From Lingula anatina (taxonomy: Eukaryota > Animalia > Brachiopoda): a stretch of 64,000 nucleotides of DNA. Shown in pieces: positions 61,440 to 64,000 of the stretch. The notes beneath the pieces are model-generated. The model was not told where the DNA came from. It made no database searches and worked only from the letters and a program-made list of their open reading frames with translations. Location of the stretch: the NCBI GenBank assembly GCA_051362555.1, contig CM120643.1, positions 27,594,848 through 27,658,847 on the forward strand, written 5' to 3'. Made by a program: the position numbers and the translations under genes. Numbering within the stretch: the stretch's first letter is position 1; each line of letters begins with the position of its first letter.

Positions 61440-64000
61440 TCAACTCCACCTCGGTGATATAAGAAAAGTCTGTTCCTTTTTGTAAATTGGCGACAGAAAC
61501 ATGCACGGGTCAAGGCCAACGGTCGTGTTGATATGAGCGACCAGCATGTGACCATACTGAAATGCACAATGCAGTGCTACACAGCGAAAAAACAGGAAAC
61601 GGTCAATCGCAAGAAAATAAGGTGATATGAAAGTGAAATATATTGCCTCGTACATGTAATTGACAACGTTGACCAAACTTTACAAACCGTTACGTTTTTT
61701 TTTTTTTTTTTTTTAGGAATATTCGGGTCGTCCGCCATATTGAAAACTCCAAGAAGAGCTACTACCGGTAGAACATATTTTGGACGATTATTGAACATCA
61801 CTGTTTATTTTCAAGTGCAGCATTAGGCCTGCAATAATCGGATATAAATAATCTAGGTGCAGGGAATTGTATCAAGCAAAGATGATGTATAGATAAATAA
61901 TAATCAATATAACCTGTTTTGTCCTAAAGCGATTTACTCATTTCCTACCATTACACCTGGCATTCTTTTCCACCATGAATTATTAAAATTAAATTGCAGC
62001 CAGTGTAAATCTCTTTGTAAAGTAACTGTATCCTAATGGACAATCTTCTTTAAAAAAAAAACAATAGCTAAGCTTCCGCTAATGGAAAAAAAATAAAAAA
62101 CATCCGGATACATTTCCTCAACAGGTAACTCGATTGTAAAAGTAATTTCCTGCCGAGTGCAAAAAATGATTTTACTTACAATGAAAACATTTTCACTGAT
62201 GTAAAATATCTGGGAAATTTCTAGTACACTGTTTCCTAATTACCACGTGTTAAGTTTCCTTACTTCAGCTTATGTAATTAATACGCCTCCTTCTCTTTCC
62301 AACATATAATTACCGACTTTGCTATACATATATTTTACTCAACGCCAGGAGGAGTCGTTTTAGCTTCTTAATCTGATTGCATTCAGCGAACGGACTTTCA
62401 GATGTGACAGCCACAATGCCGCAGTCTTCGGAAGTCTTGAAATCGACGATTAAACTTTTAGTTTTCAGAGACATTTTAATGTTAAAACATATAGGCCCCT
62501 ACATTGATTGGGTTTTCGCCGTTCTTCCATCATGTTGATTACAGTCTGAACTTAATAACGGAAATTAGCATTATAAGAAGTGTCCCAAATCACAATAAAA
62601 CAAACCCTACTAAGCACAAAGCCAAGCCAGCTAAACATGGGCAACACCATGTCACAACCAGAAATAACAATAGGCACAATCACCCAGAACTGTGCTTTTT
62701 TTAAAAAAACTCGGAACATCTACATTTTGACTTAAATGTATTTTTATTTTGAATTGCTGGCATTTGAGATTTTATTTTCTAGTATTCCAATTTTTCTACA
62801 ATAAATATAATGCGTAAATTGCAATTTGTGACCTTAATAGCGATACTACCTGTAGGCCTACTTTTCTCATTTTACAAATGTATAACCGTCTTTAGGGCCT
62901 ACTTATTTAAATCCATTGTATGTGATACCAATTCAAACTAAAGTTTAAAAAAGCAAGATCCCAAACACACATATGGATATGAAACTGTCGATATGCTTAA
63001 CTCACTCTCCATGTTTATAATGCAAACAAGAAAAATACATTCTAAATATCCCAGAACGTTCGTTAGATCAGCAGATTTGAAACAATGCGAGGTCAAATAA
63101 AATGCGCACAAACGGCAGATATAGGGCCTAAATGTCCAAAGATGGACGCAGGTTGCTTTCATCTGCATGCAAGGTCAATATTTTATAGTCACTCTACATA
63201 ATATCATCTTCACCGTCATGTGTCGCTACCTTCTGCCATCGTGTTCTACGTCTGCGTCGTGACACACTAATGGCTGCTAGTGCTGCAACGCATACAACAA
63301 CGCTGCACACGACAACAACGCCCGTGGCATTTCCTGGATCTAGGGTAAAAGTACCAAAGTATACAATGTTAACTTACGGAGCTAGGGTAAATGTTACAAT
63401 GTATACAAATTCTGCTTTAGGATCTAGGTAACAAAGTTTACAATCTTTATCTTAAGATCTAGGGTAAAAGTAACTAATTATAAGTATACAATGTTTACTT
63501 TGGGATTTACTGTACACTAAAACGGACAGAGTAATTCGTTTTAAAAGGGGTCCTCTTTCTCCATACACTAACTCCTGTACATAACGGACATCTAAAGTCC
63601 TCACGTCCAGTAGTTGAGGTGAAGGTGGTGCCTTACCTCGCTTAAGCTGGAAGGGTCCCTGTGTGACGATATAGGTAGAGGAGGAGGAGGAGGCACCACT
63701 CACATCTCTGCGCCCTCTGGCGGGAGTTTGGCAGCTCGAGGAACACGTGGGGTCACTCTGCATACATACCTGCATCTCACAGTGGAGGTACACCTACAGA
63801 TGGGGTGGCAGGAGAGAACAATGTGATCCGCAGGGTGAGCTTCTATATACGTTTAATGGCGCAATGGGTGAAATTAAATTTTGGACTCGAAATTCAACTG
63901 TTATATTCAAACAACGTAGGCCTACGCTTCCTTTTACATAGTTTTGACCTCAACAATAAATATTTTACAATACATTCCAATATTTTACAACACACTCGAT
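61440..64000. repeat. Segmental duplication copy 2
   Basis: Colinear with 51440-53945; runs off the window end. Confidence 0.93.
63194..63793 (-). CDS. Last two exons of a paralogous ZP-domain gene (5' part outside window)
   Basis: Exons 63793-63637 (VYLHCEMQVCMQSDPTCSSSCQTPARGRRDVSGASSSSSTYIVTQGPFQLKR) and 63339-63194 (DPGNATGVVVVCSVVVCVAALAAISVSRRRRRTRWQKVATHDGEDDIM*). Confidence 0.88.

Overview
AT-rich eukaryotic (animal, probably lophotrochozoan/mollusc-like) genomic DNA, not prokaryotic. Hand-spliced gene models: (1) an intronless-CDS F-box/LRR-like gene on the minus strand (1116-2960), head-to-head with (2) a complete 25-exon WDR59 (GATOR2 subunit) gene on the plus strand (4049-33625, ~1000 aa) with a GC-AG intron and a candidate pair of mutually exclusive exons; (3) a secreted PAN/Apple-EGF-fibrinogen-domain gene (minus, 41365-48420) whose first intron holds two identical, divergently oriented tRNA-Ala(AGC) genes; (4) a gene encoding signal peptide + 4 peritrophin-A (CBM14) chitin-binding domains + ZP module + furin site + hydrophobic tail (minus, 52929-60219), followed by the 3' end of a tandem paralog (63194 to window end). 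Introns and intergenic DNA hold hAT-like TIR elements, MITEs and Helentron/HINE-like elements, one carrying a 146-bp satellite with a 4-mer higher-order repeat. The most striking pattern is that at least ten tandem repeats, in three unrelated genes, are built from splice junctions themselves, giving arrays of decoy or alternative donors and acceptors. All models were derived by eye without alignment tools; coordinates of repeat edges are approximate.
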